A stretch of 64,000 bases of DNA from contig JANYEB010000037.1 of the NCBI GenBank assembly GCA_025363355.1, positions 111,056 to 175,055 on the forward strand, given 5' to 3'. Within the stretch, counting starts at the first letter, position 1, and each line of letters opens with the position of its first letter. Under the pieces are notes generated by a model. That model ran no database searches, had not been told where the DNA came from, and saw only the letters and a program-made list of their open reading frames with translations. This DNA is from Chitinophagaceae bacterium. GTDB taxonomy: Bacteria; Bacteroidota; Bacteroidia; Chitinophagales; Chitinophagaceae. The translations under genes were made by a program, and so were the position numbers. Positions 34,826 through 45,660 of this stretch are shown piece after piece.

Positions 34826-36670
34826 TTACACAGATTTTATTTCAAAATTTCTATGATACAAATCACTGTAAAACCCGTTTAAATTCAATAATTCAACGTG
34901 TGTGCCTTGTTCTTTTATTTCTCCTTTTTCAAGCACAATAATTTTATTTGCTTTGGTGATGGTTGATAAACGATGTGCAATAACAATGGAAGTTCTCCCT
35001 TTAATCAAAGCGTCTATTGCGTTTTGAATGAGTTGTTCACTTTCTGTATCAATGGACGATGTGGCTTCATCTAAAATCAAAATAGATGGATTGTATAATA
35101 ACACACGAATAAATGATATCAATTGTCTTTGCCCCATACTTAAAATATTTCCACGTTCCATTACATTGTAATCATAATTATTTGGCAGCTGCATAATAAA
35201 ATCGTGCATACCAATTAGTGTTGCAGCTTCAATAACTTGTTGTTTTGAAATTTTTGAATTTCTTAATGTTATATTATCCATTATTGAACCAGAAAATAAA
35301 AAAACATCCTGTAAAACAACACCAACAGTTCTTCTTAAATCCTCTAAACTATACTCTTCAATATTTATATCATTAATAAAAATGGAGCCTTTATTAATTG
35401 GATATAATTTATTTATTAAACTGATGATAGAAGTTTTTCCACTTCCTGTGTGCCCTACCAAAGCTAATGTTTGCGAGGCTTTTGCTTCAAACGAAATATT
35501 TTTTAAAACATAATTATCATTGTTATAAGCAAACCAAACGTCACGAAAAACAATTATTCCCGTTTCTAGTTTCTCGTTTCTCGTTTGTTCGTTTTGAATA
35601 TTTACATTGTACATCGTACCTCTAACATCAAAAATTTTAAACACTCTTTCAGCAGCAATCATTCCCATTTGTAGCACATTAAACTTATCTGCCAATATTC
35701 TAAGTGGGCGAAAAATCAAGTTCATATACATAACAAACGAAACAATTTTTCCAGAGAAATTAATATGTTGATTGCCCTGATTATCGAGAGCTAAATTAAC
35801 AACCCACCACACAATAATTGCTGTACTAAACGCTAACACTAACTCTACAATCGGAAAGAAAACACTGTATGCAAAAATTGCTTTGATGTTTGCATCTCTG
35901 TGTTCTTTATTGATTTTTTTGAACTTGCTAAACTCTCTGTCTTCAGCAGCAAACGCCTGCACAATGGTCATTCCAGCAATATGCTCTTGAACAAAAGCAT
36001 TCAAATTTGCAACAGCATTTCTTACTTTAATAAAACTTTTATTAACACTTTTTTTAAAATAATTTGTTGCTATAATTAAAATTGGAAAAGGAATAAGAGC
36101 TATTAATGTAAGTTTCCAATCAATCCAAAGCATTGTTGCAAGCGTGAAAACAATAGTTAGTAAATCTGCAATAATTGGTATTAATCCATCGCTAAAAATA
36201 TCATTAATACTTTCAATGTCACTAATCGTTCTTGTAGTAAGTGTACCTATAGGAGTTGTATCAAATTTGCTTAATGGCAAATCAAGAATTTTAGAGAAAA
36301 CATTGTTTCGTAAATCTTTTACAACGTTTTGCCCAAGCCAAGCTGTGATGAACGTAAAACAAAAGCGAATAACGGTTTCTAGTATAATAAAAACGATTTG
36401 AAAAAAAGTAACTGCAATTACAAAATTTTCAATATCACTAAGGTGGTGGTTGCTTAAAAATAATTTAAGCCAATTTGGAATTAATACATCTTTACCCGTG
36501 GCTTTATCTACAGTAATTTGAATTAAATAAGGGCGAATTGGGGCAATTGCTGCCATTAACAAAGCCAAAAAAATACTGAAATACAAATACTTTTTGTAAG
36601 GCTTTACATAAGTAAATATTTGTTTTAATAGTGAAATATTAAATCCCGATTTTTTTTGCTCATCGCTCAT
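34826..36670 (-). CDS. ABC transporter, fused permease/ATPase (MsbA/lipid-exporter type)
   Basis: Six-TM domain followed by an NBD with Walker A GHTGSGKTS, signature LSMGQRQ and Walker B ILILDEATS. It contains an in-frame low-complexity insert, QNEQTRNEKLET, before the NBD. Confidence 0.9.
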   Translation of the reverse strand: MSDEQKKSGFNISLLKQIFTYVKPYKKYLYFSIFLALLMAAIAPIRPYLIQITVDKATGKDVLIPNWLKLFLSNHHLSDIENFVIAVTFFQIVFIILETVIRFCFTFITAWLGQNVVKDLRNNVFSKILDLPLSKFDTTPIGTLTTRTISDIESINDIFSDGLIPIIADLLTIVFTLATMLWIDWKLTLIALIPFPILIIATNYFKKSVNKSFIKVRNAVANLNAFVQEHIAGMTIVQAFAAEDREFSKFKKINKEHRDANIKAIFAYSVFFPIVELVLAFSTAIIVWWVVNLALDNQGNQHINFSGKIVSFVMYMNLIFRPLRILADKFNVLQMGMIAAERVFKIFDVRGTMYNVNIQNEQTRNEKLETGIIVFRDVWFAYNNDNYVLKNISFEAKASQTLALVGHTGSGKTSIISLINKLYPINKGSIFINDINIEEYSLEDLRRTVGVVLQDVFLFSGSIMDNITLRNSKISKQQVIEAATLIGMHDFIMQLPNNYDYNVMERGNILSMGQRQLISFIRVLLYNPSILILDEATSSIDTESEQLIQNAIDALIKGRTSIVIAHRLSTITKANKIIVLEKGEIKEQGTHVELLNLNGFYSDLYHRNFEIKSV

Positions 36671-36719
36671 AGAAGTTGCGAATGTAACTTACAGTAATTT
36701 ATACTGTATAAATTAATGA

Positions 36720-37004
36720 TTAATTGTCTTTGGGTAAAATATAATCTAGTAGCATTGGCACTAAATAATACATTACTAATACAAGAATAATTATAGCACC
36801 TACAATAAGAAATATTCCTATTAACTTTTCTTTTGAAGTGTTTAGCATAGTTTCAGCAACATATTCTTCTTCAACCTTTTCATCAATCACAAAATTTTTC
36901 TTTTTCGATTGCTTATTAAAATATCTAAATAGAAAAAAAATAAGAATGCATAAAACTATTAGTTCTTTATAAAAGTATTCTAGGAGCATTATTATTCTAT
37001 CCAT
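36720..37004 (-). CDS. Small hypothetical membrane protein (about 94 aa, 2 TM)
   Basis: Two hydrophobic helices flanking a charged loop. The probable start is MDRII at 37004; the ORF-track start is 37115. Confidence 0.3.
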   Translation of the reverse strand: MDRIIMLLEYFYKELIVLCILIFFLFRYFNKQSKKKNFVIDEKVEEEYVAETMLNTSKEKLIGIFLIVGAIIILVLVMYYLVPMLLDYILPKDN

Positions 37005-37166
37005 ACTAGCAGTTTCTACAAAATAAAACAACTTGTATTTACAAATCGTATAAAATAATTTTAGATATAAAGTGCATTTGATAAAGCTGTCTAGTAAAGC
37101 GTTATTAATTAACATAGAATTTTGCTAGTCAAAAATTGCATCTTTGTTACATAGCAAGAAATATTA

Positions 37167-38909
37167 ATGAGAGTAAGTTTGATGAAATATGTTTTGTGTT
37201 TGGCAATTGTATTAAGTCAATACAATGCACTAAATGCTCAAACCATTTTGCTAGATGTAAATTTTGTAGATTCTGTTAATATTTCAAAAATAATTAATTT
37301 AAAAAAAGAATTTGCCACAAAAACTCAGTGCATTAATTACATAGAACAGCTGCCTGCTTTGCTTAAAGCTAAGGGCTATATTTCATCTTCGATTGATAGT
37401 ATTAAAGAAACTGAAAAAAATATTGTAGCTTTTTTATTTGTTGGCAACTTATATGCTTGGAAAAATTTGGTATTACCAGATGAGGTAAAATCTTTTACAA
37501 ATCAATCTTCAAAAAATTATTCAGCACTTCCAGAAATCATTTTAAACTACTATGAAAACAATGGCTATCCTTTTGCCAAAGTTGGCTTTGATAGCATTGT
37601 TATTGATGAGAAAAACCAAATATCTGCTGTTCTAAAAATTGATAAAGGGATCGAATATAAAATTGATAGTATTCGTGTTTTTGGAAACGTAAATATTAGC
37701 AATCAATTTTTACAGCACTATTTAAAAATAGCTAATGCAAGTTTATACAGCAGAGAAAAACTAGAGCGAATTAACTTATTAATAAATCAACTTGGATACC
37801 TTAATACCAATAAAAACTGGGACATTTTAATGCTTAGTAGAAGCTGTTTATTAAACTTATATCTACAATCTAAAAACATAAATAAGTTTGATGCAATAGT
37901 TGGATTTTTGCCAAGCAATCAACAAAATGATGGTAAACTATTATTTACTGTTGATGCAAAATTAAGTTTGTATAATGCTTTTGCAAGGGGCGAAAAAATT
38001 ATATTCAACTGGCAGCAAATTCAACCACAATCGCCAAGAATTGATATTGGATTTTCTACCCCATATATTTTTAATTCTGAAGCTGGATTAGATTTTAATT
38101 TCAATCTTTATAAACGCGATTCTGCATATTTAAATATTGCAACAGATATTGGACTTACTTATTTATTAAGCAATAAAACAAGCTTTAAAATACTTATTAG
38201 TAATCTCAGCACAAGAATTATTCAACCAGATACAGCATATATTATTGCTAATAAAAAATTGCCATCAATATTAGATTTAAGCATTGCAAATATTGGTGCT
38301 GAATATTTTTTAAGTGATACAAAAGGAACTAAGTTAAACAAGCTAAGTGGATTTGAAATTAAATTGAGTGTTGGTTTTGGTCAAAAGAAAATCAAGCAAA
38401 ATAATACTATCACAAGTTTAAAAACTGATGGGTTTAATTATGCTAGCTTATACGATTCTGTTACTGCTAATTCATATCAATTAAAATGCAAAATTGCTGC
38501 TGCAAAATATTTTAGTATCAGCAGACAATCGGTAATTAAAGTTGCTGCAAACTTTGGATTGCTGCAAACACAAAACTATCTTCAAAACGAACTATTCCAA
38601 ATTGGTGGCTTTAAATTATTAAGAGGATTTGACGAAGAAAATATTTTTACTAGTCAGTATTTTGTTGGCAGTTTAGAATACAGGTATTTAATAGCAAGGA
38701 ACTCTTATTTCTTTGCTTTTTCAGATGGAGGTTACACCAAAAACCAAAACACATCTTTAAACTATAGCTATTTTGGAAATGGATTAGGATTGGCTTTTGA
38801 AACCAAGCAAGGTATTTTGAATATTAGTTTTGCAGCAGGTAAAAGAAATGATTTGCCATTTAATTTGAGAGAAACAAAAATTCATATTGGATTGGTTTCA
38901 AGTTTTTAG
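37167..38909 (+). CDS. Omp85/BamA-family outer-membrane beta-barrel protein (POTRA plus surface-antigen barrel)
   Basis: Signal peptide, POTRA-like N-terminal modules (GYPFAKVGFDS), alternating beta-strand pattern and a C-terminal aromatic residue (GLVSSF). Confidence 0.55.
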   Translation: MRVSLMKYVLCLAIVLSQYNALNAQTILLDVNFVDSVNISKIINLKKEFATKTQCINYIEQLPALLKAKGYISSSIDSIKETEKNIVAFLFVGNLYAWKNLVLPDEVKSFTNQSSKNYSALPEIILNYYENNGYPFAKVGFDSIVIDEKNQISAVLKIDKGIEYKIDSIRVFGNVNISNQFLQHYLKIANASLYSREKLERINLLINQLGYLNTNKNWDILMLSRSCLLNLYLQSKNINKFDAIVGFLPSNQQNDGKLLFTVDAKLSLYNAFARGEKIIFNWQQIQPQSPRIDIGFSTPYIFNSEAGLDFNFNLYKRDSAYLNIATDIGLTYLLSNKTSFKILISNLSTRIIQPDTAYIIANKKLPSILDLSIANIGAEYFLSDTKGTKLNKLSGFEIKLSVGFGQKKIKQNNTITSLKTDGFNYASLYDSVTANSYQLKCKIAAAKYFSISRQSVIKVAANFGLLQTQNYLQNELFQIGGFKLLRGFDEENIFTSQYFVGSLEYRYLIARNSYFFAFSDGGYTKNQNTSLNYSYFGNGLGLAFETKQGILNISFAAGKRNDLPFNLRETKIHIGLVSSF

Positions 38910-38957
38910 TTTTAAAACATATTAATGTTTGTTAATTTGCAACTTTAAAGGCACACA

Positions 38958-39920
38958 ATGAGGTTTATTGTTGTAATACTTATTTTTATTTACGGCTCTG
39001 TTTTTGGTCAAACAGATACTGCAATAAAAGTATTGCCAAAAATTGTCAAAAAAGTTCAAGCTGCATTACCAAAAGATACAATTTCTAAAATAGTTGATTC
39101 TGCTGGTATGCTAAAAGATTCAAGCAGCATTGATTCTTTAAAAGCAATAAAAAAAAATAGTGTTCCTTTAATAGCAAAAGACACTACTGTCTATAAATTG
39201 CTTCTTAATTTTCCTTTATTAAATAGCGATAAACCAACAGTAATGATTACGGCATTTAAAAATGCTGAAACAAAAGACTTTGTATTTTATTTATTAGTTG
39301 CACTTGTGCTGCTTTTGGCACTTGTTAAAGTAGTATTTCCAAAGTATTTCAAAAATATATTTGATATATTTTTTCAAACGAGTTTTAGACAAAAGCAAAC
39401 AAGAGAGCAGCTAACACAGGATAATATTGCAGCACTTTTATTGAACATTTTATTCATTCTTTCATCAGCTTGTTTTGTTGCTCTTATTGCTCATAACTTC
39501 AAAGTAATAAAGATTTCTTTTTGGCAGATTTTTGTAGTTGCTACAATTGCATTAACCATAATTTATTTGGTTAAGTTTTTATTTACGCAGTTGATGGGCT
39601 GGATTTTTAATAAAACAGATATCGCTCAATCATATAGTTTTTTAGTGTTTATTATTAACAAAATAATTGGCGTGATATTAATACCATTCTTGTTTTTAAT
39701 TGCCTATGCTGCTAGTGGTATTGAGCAAGTTTCATTTACAGTTTCGTTGATGTTAATCATCTTTTTGTTTTTATTTAGATTTTTTTCAACATATAAAAAC
39801 ATTAGCTACAGATTAAAAATAAATGCCATTCACTTTTTTCTATATTTTTGCAGTATTGAAATTTTACCATTGCTATTAATGTATAAGGCACTAAGCAATT
39901 ACATAGGCAGTGGTATTTAA
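38958..39920 (+). CDS. DUF4271-like polytopic membrane protein
   Basis: Signal/N-terminal soluble part followed by 5-6 TM helices. It lies immediately upstream of a HemD-like gene, an arrangement I recall as conserved in Bacteroidota. Confidence 0.5.
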   Translation: MRFIVVILIFIYGSVFGQTDTAIKVLPKIVKKVQAALPKDTISKIVDSAGMLKDSSSIDSLKAIKKNSVPLIAKDTTVYKLLLNFPLLNSDKPTVMITAFKNAETKDFVFYLLVALVLLLALVKVVFPKYFKNIFDIFFQTSFRQKQTREQLTQDNIAALLLNILFILSSACFVALIAHNFKVIKISFWQIFVVATIALTIIYLVKFLFTQLMGWIFNKTDIAQSYSFLVFIINKIIGVILIPFLFLIAYAASGIEQVSFTVSLMLIIFLFLFRFFSTYKNISYRLKINAIHFFLYFCSIEILPLLLMYKALSNYIGSGI

Positions 39921-39942
39921 ATTTTAACACAATAAGCTAAGC

Positions 39943-40737
39943 ATGGCAAAAAGCGGAACGAAGGCAAAAGCAAGTAAACCAACAATAAAAAAAATTCTCA
40001 TTTCTCAGCCTAGACCTGAAAGTGAAAAATCCCCTTATTTTGAGTTGGAAAGAAAGTATGGCATTGAATTATTATTCAAACCATTCATTCAATTAGAGGC
40101 AATTGCTGCAAAAGAATTTCGCAAGCAAAAGATTGATGTTGTGTCTTACACTGGTGTTATTTTCACTAGCAAAAATGCTATTGATCATTTCTTTAGATTA
40201 GCAGAAGAAATGAAGATTAATATTAACCAAGACACTAAATATTTTTGCATTACAGAAGCTGTTGCATTGTATCTCCAAAAGTTTATTTTATACCGTAAAC
40301 GCAAAGTTTTTTATGGTGCTGATGGCAGCAATAAAGGAATGTTTGATGTGATTAATAAGCATAAAGAAAACGAAAAATTTCTTTACGTATGTAGCGAGAA
40401 CCAACAGGATAATGAAATTGTTAGTTGGTTAAAACATCATAATTGTGGCTATGCATTAGGCTATATGTACAGAACTGTAAGCAGCAGCATTAAAGAAACA
40501 ATTTCTATTAAAGATTTTGATGTTATTTGTTTGTTTACGCCTAGTGGTGTTAAAAGTTTATTTGATAATTTCCCAGCCTTTAAACAAAATGGAACTTTAG
40601 TTGGAAGCTTTGGAAGCAACACTGCAAGAGCTGTTGAAGAAGCTGGACTAGAGTTGCATATTAAAGCACCAGCACCACACAGCCCAAGTATGTTTACAGC
40701 ATTAGATAAGTATTTAAGCGAGTTGAACAAATTATAA
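39943..40737 (+). CDS. hemD: Uroporphyrinogen-III synthase (HemD)-like protein
   Basis: ILISQPRP...F..KPFIQLE with a two-lobed repeat architecture and a size of 264 aa. Confidence 0.55.
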   Translation: MAKSGTKAKASKPTIKKILISQPRPESEKSPYFELERKYGIELLFKPFIQLEAIAAKEFRKQKIDVVSYTGVIFTSKNAIDHFFRLAEEMKININQDTKYFCITEAVALYLQKFILYRKRKVFYGADGSNKGMFDVINKHKENEKFLYVCSENQQDNEIVSWLKHHNCGYALGYMYRTVSSSIKETISIKDFDVICLFTPSGVKSLFDNFPAFKQNGTLVGSFGSNTARAVEEAGLELHIKAPAPHSPSMFTALDKYLSELNKL

Positions 40738-42222
40738 CTCCCTTCTTAATCTAGCAATAGGCACGTTTAATAGTTCTCTATATTTTGCAACGGTTCTTCG
40801 TGCAATATTGTAACCTTTTTCATTTAACAATTCAGTTAATTCTTCGTCTGCAAGAGGCTTGTGTTTGTTTTCTGCTGCAATTAAATCACTTAATATTTTC
40901 TTTACTTCAGTAGTGCTAACTTCCTCACCACTATCAGTACTTAAACTTTCGCTAAAGAAAAATTTTAGGCGATAAGTTCCAAATTCAGTTTGCACAAATT
41001 TGCTGTTGGCAACACGACTAACAGTACTAATATCTAGCCCTGTTTTTTCAGCAATATCTTTTAAAATCATTGGCTTCATTTCTGTATCATCACCAGTTAA
41101 AAAGAAGTTGTATTGATGATTCATTATGGCAGTCATTGTATGAATAAGCGTTTCTTGTCTTTGCTTAATCATATCTATAAACCACTTTGCTCCATCTATT
41201 TTTTGCTTAATAAATTGTACTGCTTCTTTTTGTCTTTTATCTTTTTTGGCACCTCTATCATACTCCTTCATCATATCCCTGTAATCCTCACTGATTCTAA
41301 GGTCTGGAGCATTTCTGCCATTTAAAGTAAGCTCTAAACTTCCTGCATTATTCAAAATATAAAAGTCTGGAATTACATAAGATTCTTTTTGATTGCTGTC
41401 ACCAACATCGCCACCTGGTTTGGGATTTAGTTTTATGATTTGATTGATAACATTTTTCAGTTGTTCATCTGTTAATGCTAGTAGTTGTTGAAGTTTTGAG
41501 TAGTGTTTTTTAATAAACTCATCAAAATATTTAGTTAATACTTTAATGGCGAGTAAAACATCATCGCCCTTGTCTTCTTTTTTATAAAGTTGCAATAATA
41601 AACACTCTTTTAAATCTCTTGCAGCTACACCAATTGGCTCAAATTGTTGAATTAATTTTATAATACTTTCTACTTCTTCATTCGATGTGATAATGTTTTG
41701 TCTAAATGCTAAATCGTCAACAATACTGCTGGTTTCACGACGTAAATAACCATCATCATCTAAACTGCCAACAATTTGTTCGGCAATTTTATATTGATGA
41801 TCATCTACATCAAGCATACTTAATTGAGATGCCAATAAATCGAAAAAAGTCGTTTCGTTTTTTATGGGAATTACTTTTTTATCATCCAATTCTGGGTAAT
41901 TATCATCTCTTGTTTTATAATCAGCAACATCATCATCACTGTCACTTACATACTCACTTACATCTACATTTTCATACTCATCTTCACTACCATCTAATTC
42001 TTCAAATTCATCTTCTGGCGTCTCAAACTCATCTTTTACTTCTGCTGTTAAATCATCAGCATTATCTTCATCACTTAACTCTAAAGCTGGATTATCTTCT
42101 AATTCTTCCTTAATCCTTTCTTCTAAATTAGCTGTGGGAACCTGCAACAATTTCATCAACTGAATTTGTTGTGGCGATAATCTTTGTAGAAGCTTTTGTT
42201 GCAGTGATTGACCAAGTGCCAT
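40732..42222 (-). CDS. rpoN: RNA polymerase sigma-54 factor
   Basis: N-terminal LQQKLLQRLSPQQIQLMKLLQ, an acidic region II, and the C-terminal RpoN box ARRTVAKYRE. Confidence 0.95.
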   Translation of the reverse strand: MALGQSLQQKLLQRLSPQQIQLMKLLQVPTANLEERIKEELEDNPALELSDEDNADDLTAEVKDEFETPEDEFEELDGSEDEYENVDVSEYVSDSDDDVADYKTRDDNYPELDDKKVIPIKNETTFFDLLASQLSMLDVDDHQYKIAEQIVGSLDDDGYLRRETSSIVDDLAFRQNIITSNEEVESIIKLIQQFEPIGVAARDLKECLLLQLYKKEDKGDDVLLAIKVLTKYFDEFIKKHYSKLQQLLALTDEQLKNVINQIIKLNPKPGGDVGDSNQKESYVIPDFYILNNAGSLELTLNGRNAPDLRISEDYRDMMKEYDRGAKKDKRQKEAVQFIKQKIDGAKWFIDMIKQRQETLIHTMTAIMNHQYNFFLTGDDTEMKPMILKDIAEKTGLDISTVSRVANSKFVQTEFGTYRLKFFFSESLSTDSGEEVSTTEVKKILSDLIAAENKHKPLADEELTELLNEKGYNIARRTVAKYRELLNVPIARLRREL

Positions 42223-42431
42223 ACGTTATTAACTTGTGTTTTAAAATATGTTAGCACAAAGGAACATTAAACAACAACAAGAAAATATTTTTTTCTTCGT
42301 TGATTTTTCTTTAAAATTGGTTGTATGGTTTAATATATTTATTTCTCTTTTAAATAAAATATCCTATACTATTATTCTGTTTTCTGCTGCTTTGTTTTCA
42401 TATTTGTTACTCATTCGAAAATTTTAATATT

Positions 42432-44762
42432 ATGAACAAGTTTATTGCTAAGCTATCAATTAGTTTATTGTTAGTTTTTATAACATTTTCTCAAAGCTTT
42501 TCTCAAAGAAATGCCAATTGGGAAATTGCTCCTTATACATCTAATGTTATAAAAGTTATCTATCATCCTTTTGAGTACAACAAAGATTTTAATGTAACAA
42601 ATGCTGTTGTAGCAAAGCCACAACCCAACTTAGTTCCTGTATATAAAATTAATGAAGATGCTTCTGTAACCATTAATAATGGAGCGTTTAGTCTGTATCC
42701 AGTATTTGCAGATGATGGTAGTAGAGGCTTAGGATATCATTTTAAAAAAGATGAAATGATTTTCGGTGGAGGAGAACGTGCATTGCCAATGAATAGGAAA
42801 GGATACAAGTTTAATTTATATAATCAACCTAATTATGCTTATGGTATTGGTGCAGAAAATTTAAACTATTCTGTTCCATTTTTTATCAGCAATAAAGGGT
42901 ATGGAATTTTTTATGATAATGGTTCTAAAGGAATTGCTGATATTGGAAAAAGCGATAGAAATAATTTTGAAGTTTTGTTTGAATCGGGGGAGATAAATGC
43001 TTTTATCATCTTTGGAAAAACGTATCAAGAAATACTGTCATCGTATCATAAATTAACAGGCACACAACCATTGCCTCCACGTTGGGCTTTAGGAAACTTA
43101 ATGAGCAGATTTGGATATACAAGTCAAGAACAAGCTACAAGCATTGCAAAAAAAATGAAGGATGAAAAAATTCCAATTGATGCTATCATTTTTGATTTGT
43201 TTTGGTTTGGTGATAGCATTAAAGGAACACTTGGAAATTTAGATTGGGTGAATAAAGAAAAATGGCCAAATCCTAATAAAATGATTGCCGATTTTAAAAA
43301 GCAAAATATTAATACTACACTAATTACAGAACCATTCATTTTACAATATACCAATGCATACAACGAATCTTTAGAATACCAAGCAAAAGACATCAATAAC
43401 AATGCTTTTGTGTTGCAAGATTTTTATTTTGGCAAAGGTGGGTTGATAGATATTTTTAGAAAAGATGCAAGCCAATGGATCTGGAATTATCACTACAAAA
43501 AACAAATAAAAAATGGAGTAACAGCCTGGTGGACAGATTTAGGAGAACCTGAACGTCATCCAGAAAATATGTTTCATAACTTAAAAGATTTAGGAGTAGA
43601 TAAAATGGTGCTTGCAAATGAGGTGCATAACATTTATGGACACTATTGGAATAAAATGTTGTTTGATAATTATGCAAAAGAATATCCAGGCCAAAGACTA
43701 TTTCATTTAAACAGAAGTGGATTTGCAGGCAGCCAACGCTATAGCATTTTTCCTTGGAGTGGAGATGTTGGTAGAAACTGGAGTGGCTTGCAAGCACAGC
43801 TACCTGTAATGTTGGGAATGAGTATGTGTGGCGTGCCTTATATACACGCAGATGCAGGTGGTTTTGCTGGTAGTGATGATGAAGGAGAATTATATGTTCG
43901 TTGGTTGCAGTTTGCTGCATATACGCCAATTTTTAGACCTCATGGAACTGCTTTGTATGAAGTAGATACTAAAGCAGCCAGCTTTCCTAGTGAGGCAGCT
44001 TTAATGGAAGAACCTTTTAAATCACTTGCTAAACAAGTTGTTTTAGAACGTTATAAAATGTTGCCATACATCTACACACTTGCATATAGACAAACAAAAT
44101 TTGCAGAACCTTTGGTAAAGCCTTTGTTGTATAATTATGCAACAGATACCAATGCCATTAAAACAGAAAATGAATATTTATTTGGAGATAATATTTTAGT
44201 TGCACCTGTAACTAAAAGAGGAGCAACTGTTCAAAGGGTTTATTTGCCAGAAGGAAATTGGTATGAAGTTGAAACTAATAAAATTTATGCTGGCAAATCG
44301 TTTATAGATGTCGATGTGGCTGAATACAAAAAGCCATTGTTTTATAAAGAAGGAAGTTTTATTCCTCAATACACTTCTACAGGAGAAAACACAACAGAAA
44401 TTAATAGAAAAAAACTTAAAGTGATTTATGTTCCATCTGCAACAAAATCTAATTATGATATGTATGATGATGATGGAGAAACCAAAAATGCTTTAGCACA
44501 AAACCAATATGAATTAATTAAGTTTTCATCAACTGGAAAAACAGCTAAAAGCCTTGCTATTACTATTCAAAATAACAATGGCGTTTATAAAAACAAACCA
44601 AGCGAAAGAAATATTTCATTAACGATTCCTGCATTGGGTGTAAGTCCCAAGACTGTTGTTGTAAATGGTAAGCTAATAAAAGATTTTGTTTGGGAAAATG
44701 ATATACTGACTATTGCAGTAACATCAAAAAACGTTCCTGTTAAAGTTGAATTAAAATGGTAA
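42432..44762 (+). CDS. Glycoside hydrolase family 31 (alpha-glucosidase/alpha-xylosidase-like), secreted
   Basis: Signal peptide, then IPIDAIIFDLFWFG, WWTDLGEPE, FPWSGDV and HADAGGF motifs. Confidence 0.8.
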   Translation: MNKFIAKLSISLLLVFITFSQSFSQRNANWEIAPYTSNVIKVIYHPFEYNKDFNVTNAVVAKPQPNLVPVYKINEDASVTINNGAFSLYPVFADDGSRGLGYHFKKDEMIFGGGERALPMNRKGYKFNLYNQPNYAYGIGAENLNYSVPFFISNKGYGIFYDNGSKGIADIGKSDRNNFEVLFESGEINAFIIFGKTYQEILSSYHKLTGTQPLPPRWALGNLMSRFGYTSQEQATSIAKKMKDEKIPIDAIIFDLFWFGDSIKGTLGNLDWVNKEKWPNPNKMIADFKKQNINTTLITEPFILQYTNAYNESLEYQAKDINNNAFVLQDFYFGKGGLIDIFRKDASQWIWNYHYKKQIKNGVTAWWTDLGEPERHPENMFHNLKDLGVDKMVLANEVHNIYGHYWNKMLFDNYAKEYPGQRLFHLNRSGFAGSQRYSIFPWSGDVGRNWSGLQAQLPVMLGMSMCGVPYIHADAGGFAGSDDEGELYVRWLQFAAYTPIFRPHGTALYEVDTKAASFPSEAALMEEPFKSLAKQVVLERYKMLPYIYTLAYRQTKFAEPLVKPLLYNYATDTNAIKTENEYLFGDNILVAPVTKRGATVQRVYLPEGNWYEVETNKIYAGKSFIDVDVAEYKKPLFYKEGSFIPQYTSTGENTTEINRKKLKVIYVPSATKSNYDMYDDDGETKNALAQNQYELIKFSSTGKTAKSLAITIQNNNGVYKNKPSERNISLTIPALGVSPKTVVVNGKLIKDFVWENDILTIAVTSKNVPVKVELKW

Positions 44763-45271
44763 CGATAGACTTTAAGTTAAGACCTTGGTCAATTAATGAT
44801 TTAGGTAGTTTGGTTAAGTATGCTAATAACATAAATATTTCTAAAAATCTAACTAATAAGTTCCCTCATCCATACACTGCTGAAAATGGAAAATGGTTTA
44901 TTGAATTTGCAACAAAAAATAACCCTATTCATATTTTTGCAATAGACATTAATGGAGAAGCTGTTGGTGGAATTGGCATTCAACCACAAGATGATATACA
45001 ATCTAAAAATGCCGAACTTGGTTATTGGCTTGCCGAACCATTTTGGAATAAAGGGATCATAACGAAAGTTATTCCACAAATTATTGAATTTGGATTTAAA
45101 GCTTATACTATTGACAGGATTTTTGCTAGACCATTTGGTTCAAACATAGCTTCTCAAAAAGTACTTGAAAAAACTGGATTTATTCTTGAAGCAAGACTTG
45201 AAAAAACATTGTTTAAAAATGGAGAGTATGAAGATGAATTGATTTATGCTATTAGAAGAAAATCTGGTTGA
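44756..45271 (+). CDS. GNAT-family N-acetyltransferase (RimJ/RimL-like)
   Basis: LRPW...D...L, GYWLAEPFWNKGI and NIASQKVLEKTGF. It overlaps the GH31 stop by 7 nt. Confidence 0.8.
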   Translation: MVTIDFKLRPWSINDLGSLVKYANNINISKNLTNKFPHPYTAENGKWFIEFATKNNPIHIFAIDINGEAVGGIGIQPQDDIQSKNAELGYWLAEPFWNKGIITKVIPQIIEFGFKAYTIDRIFARPFGSNIASQKVLEKTGFILEARLEKTLFKNGEYEDELIYAIRRKSG

Positions 45272-45436
45272 TTACCGAAATACTAACTTCCCGCCTTCAC
45301 TCAATTTAATTTGCTATATAATTAAAGTGAGATAATAATTAACTGCAATTAAACATAAATTTCCTTTTTATTAATTCATTGAATATTGCTTCAAAAGCTT
45401 AGCGGTATCTATAATTTTTGAACTATCTTAACAGTT

Positions 45437-45467
45437 ATATCAAATATTTTATCTAAATATTTGATAT
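45437..45467. promoter_or_regulatory. Perfect 13-bp inverted repeat (operator-like) upstream of the giant gene
   Basis: ATATCAAATATTT-tatct-AAATATTTGATAT lies about 195 nt upstream of the ATG at 45661. Confidence 0.35.
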
Positions 45468-45660
45468 TCAATAAATATGTTTTGCCTAATTATCGTCAGG
45501 TATATTTTTTTTAACAATTATTCGTTTATTTGTTAATCAAAACCTTTCTTCCGACTAATACTGCTTCGAAAACAATGTTCTATAAACCATTACTTCTAAT
45601 CCAAGGGTGTGTGTTTTGAACTTACTGCTTAATAAAATATTGGCCAATTCAATTTGAATT

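Noticed and set aside
41706-42113. 135-aa His/Leu-rich ORF on the plus strand
   Set aside because: It lies antisense to the acidic (GAT/GAA-rich) region II of rpoN. It is a compositional artefact.
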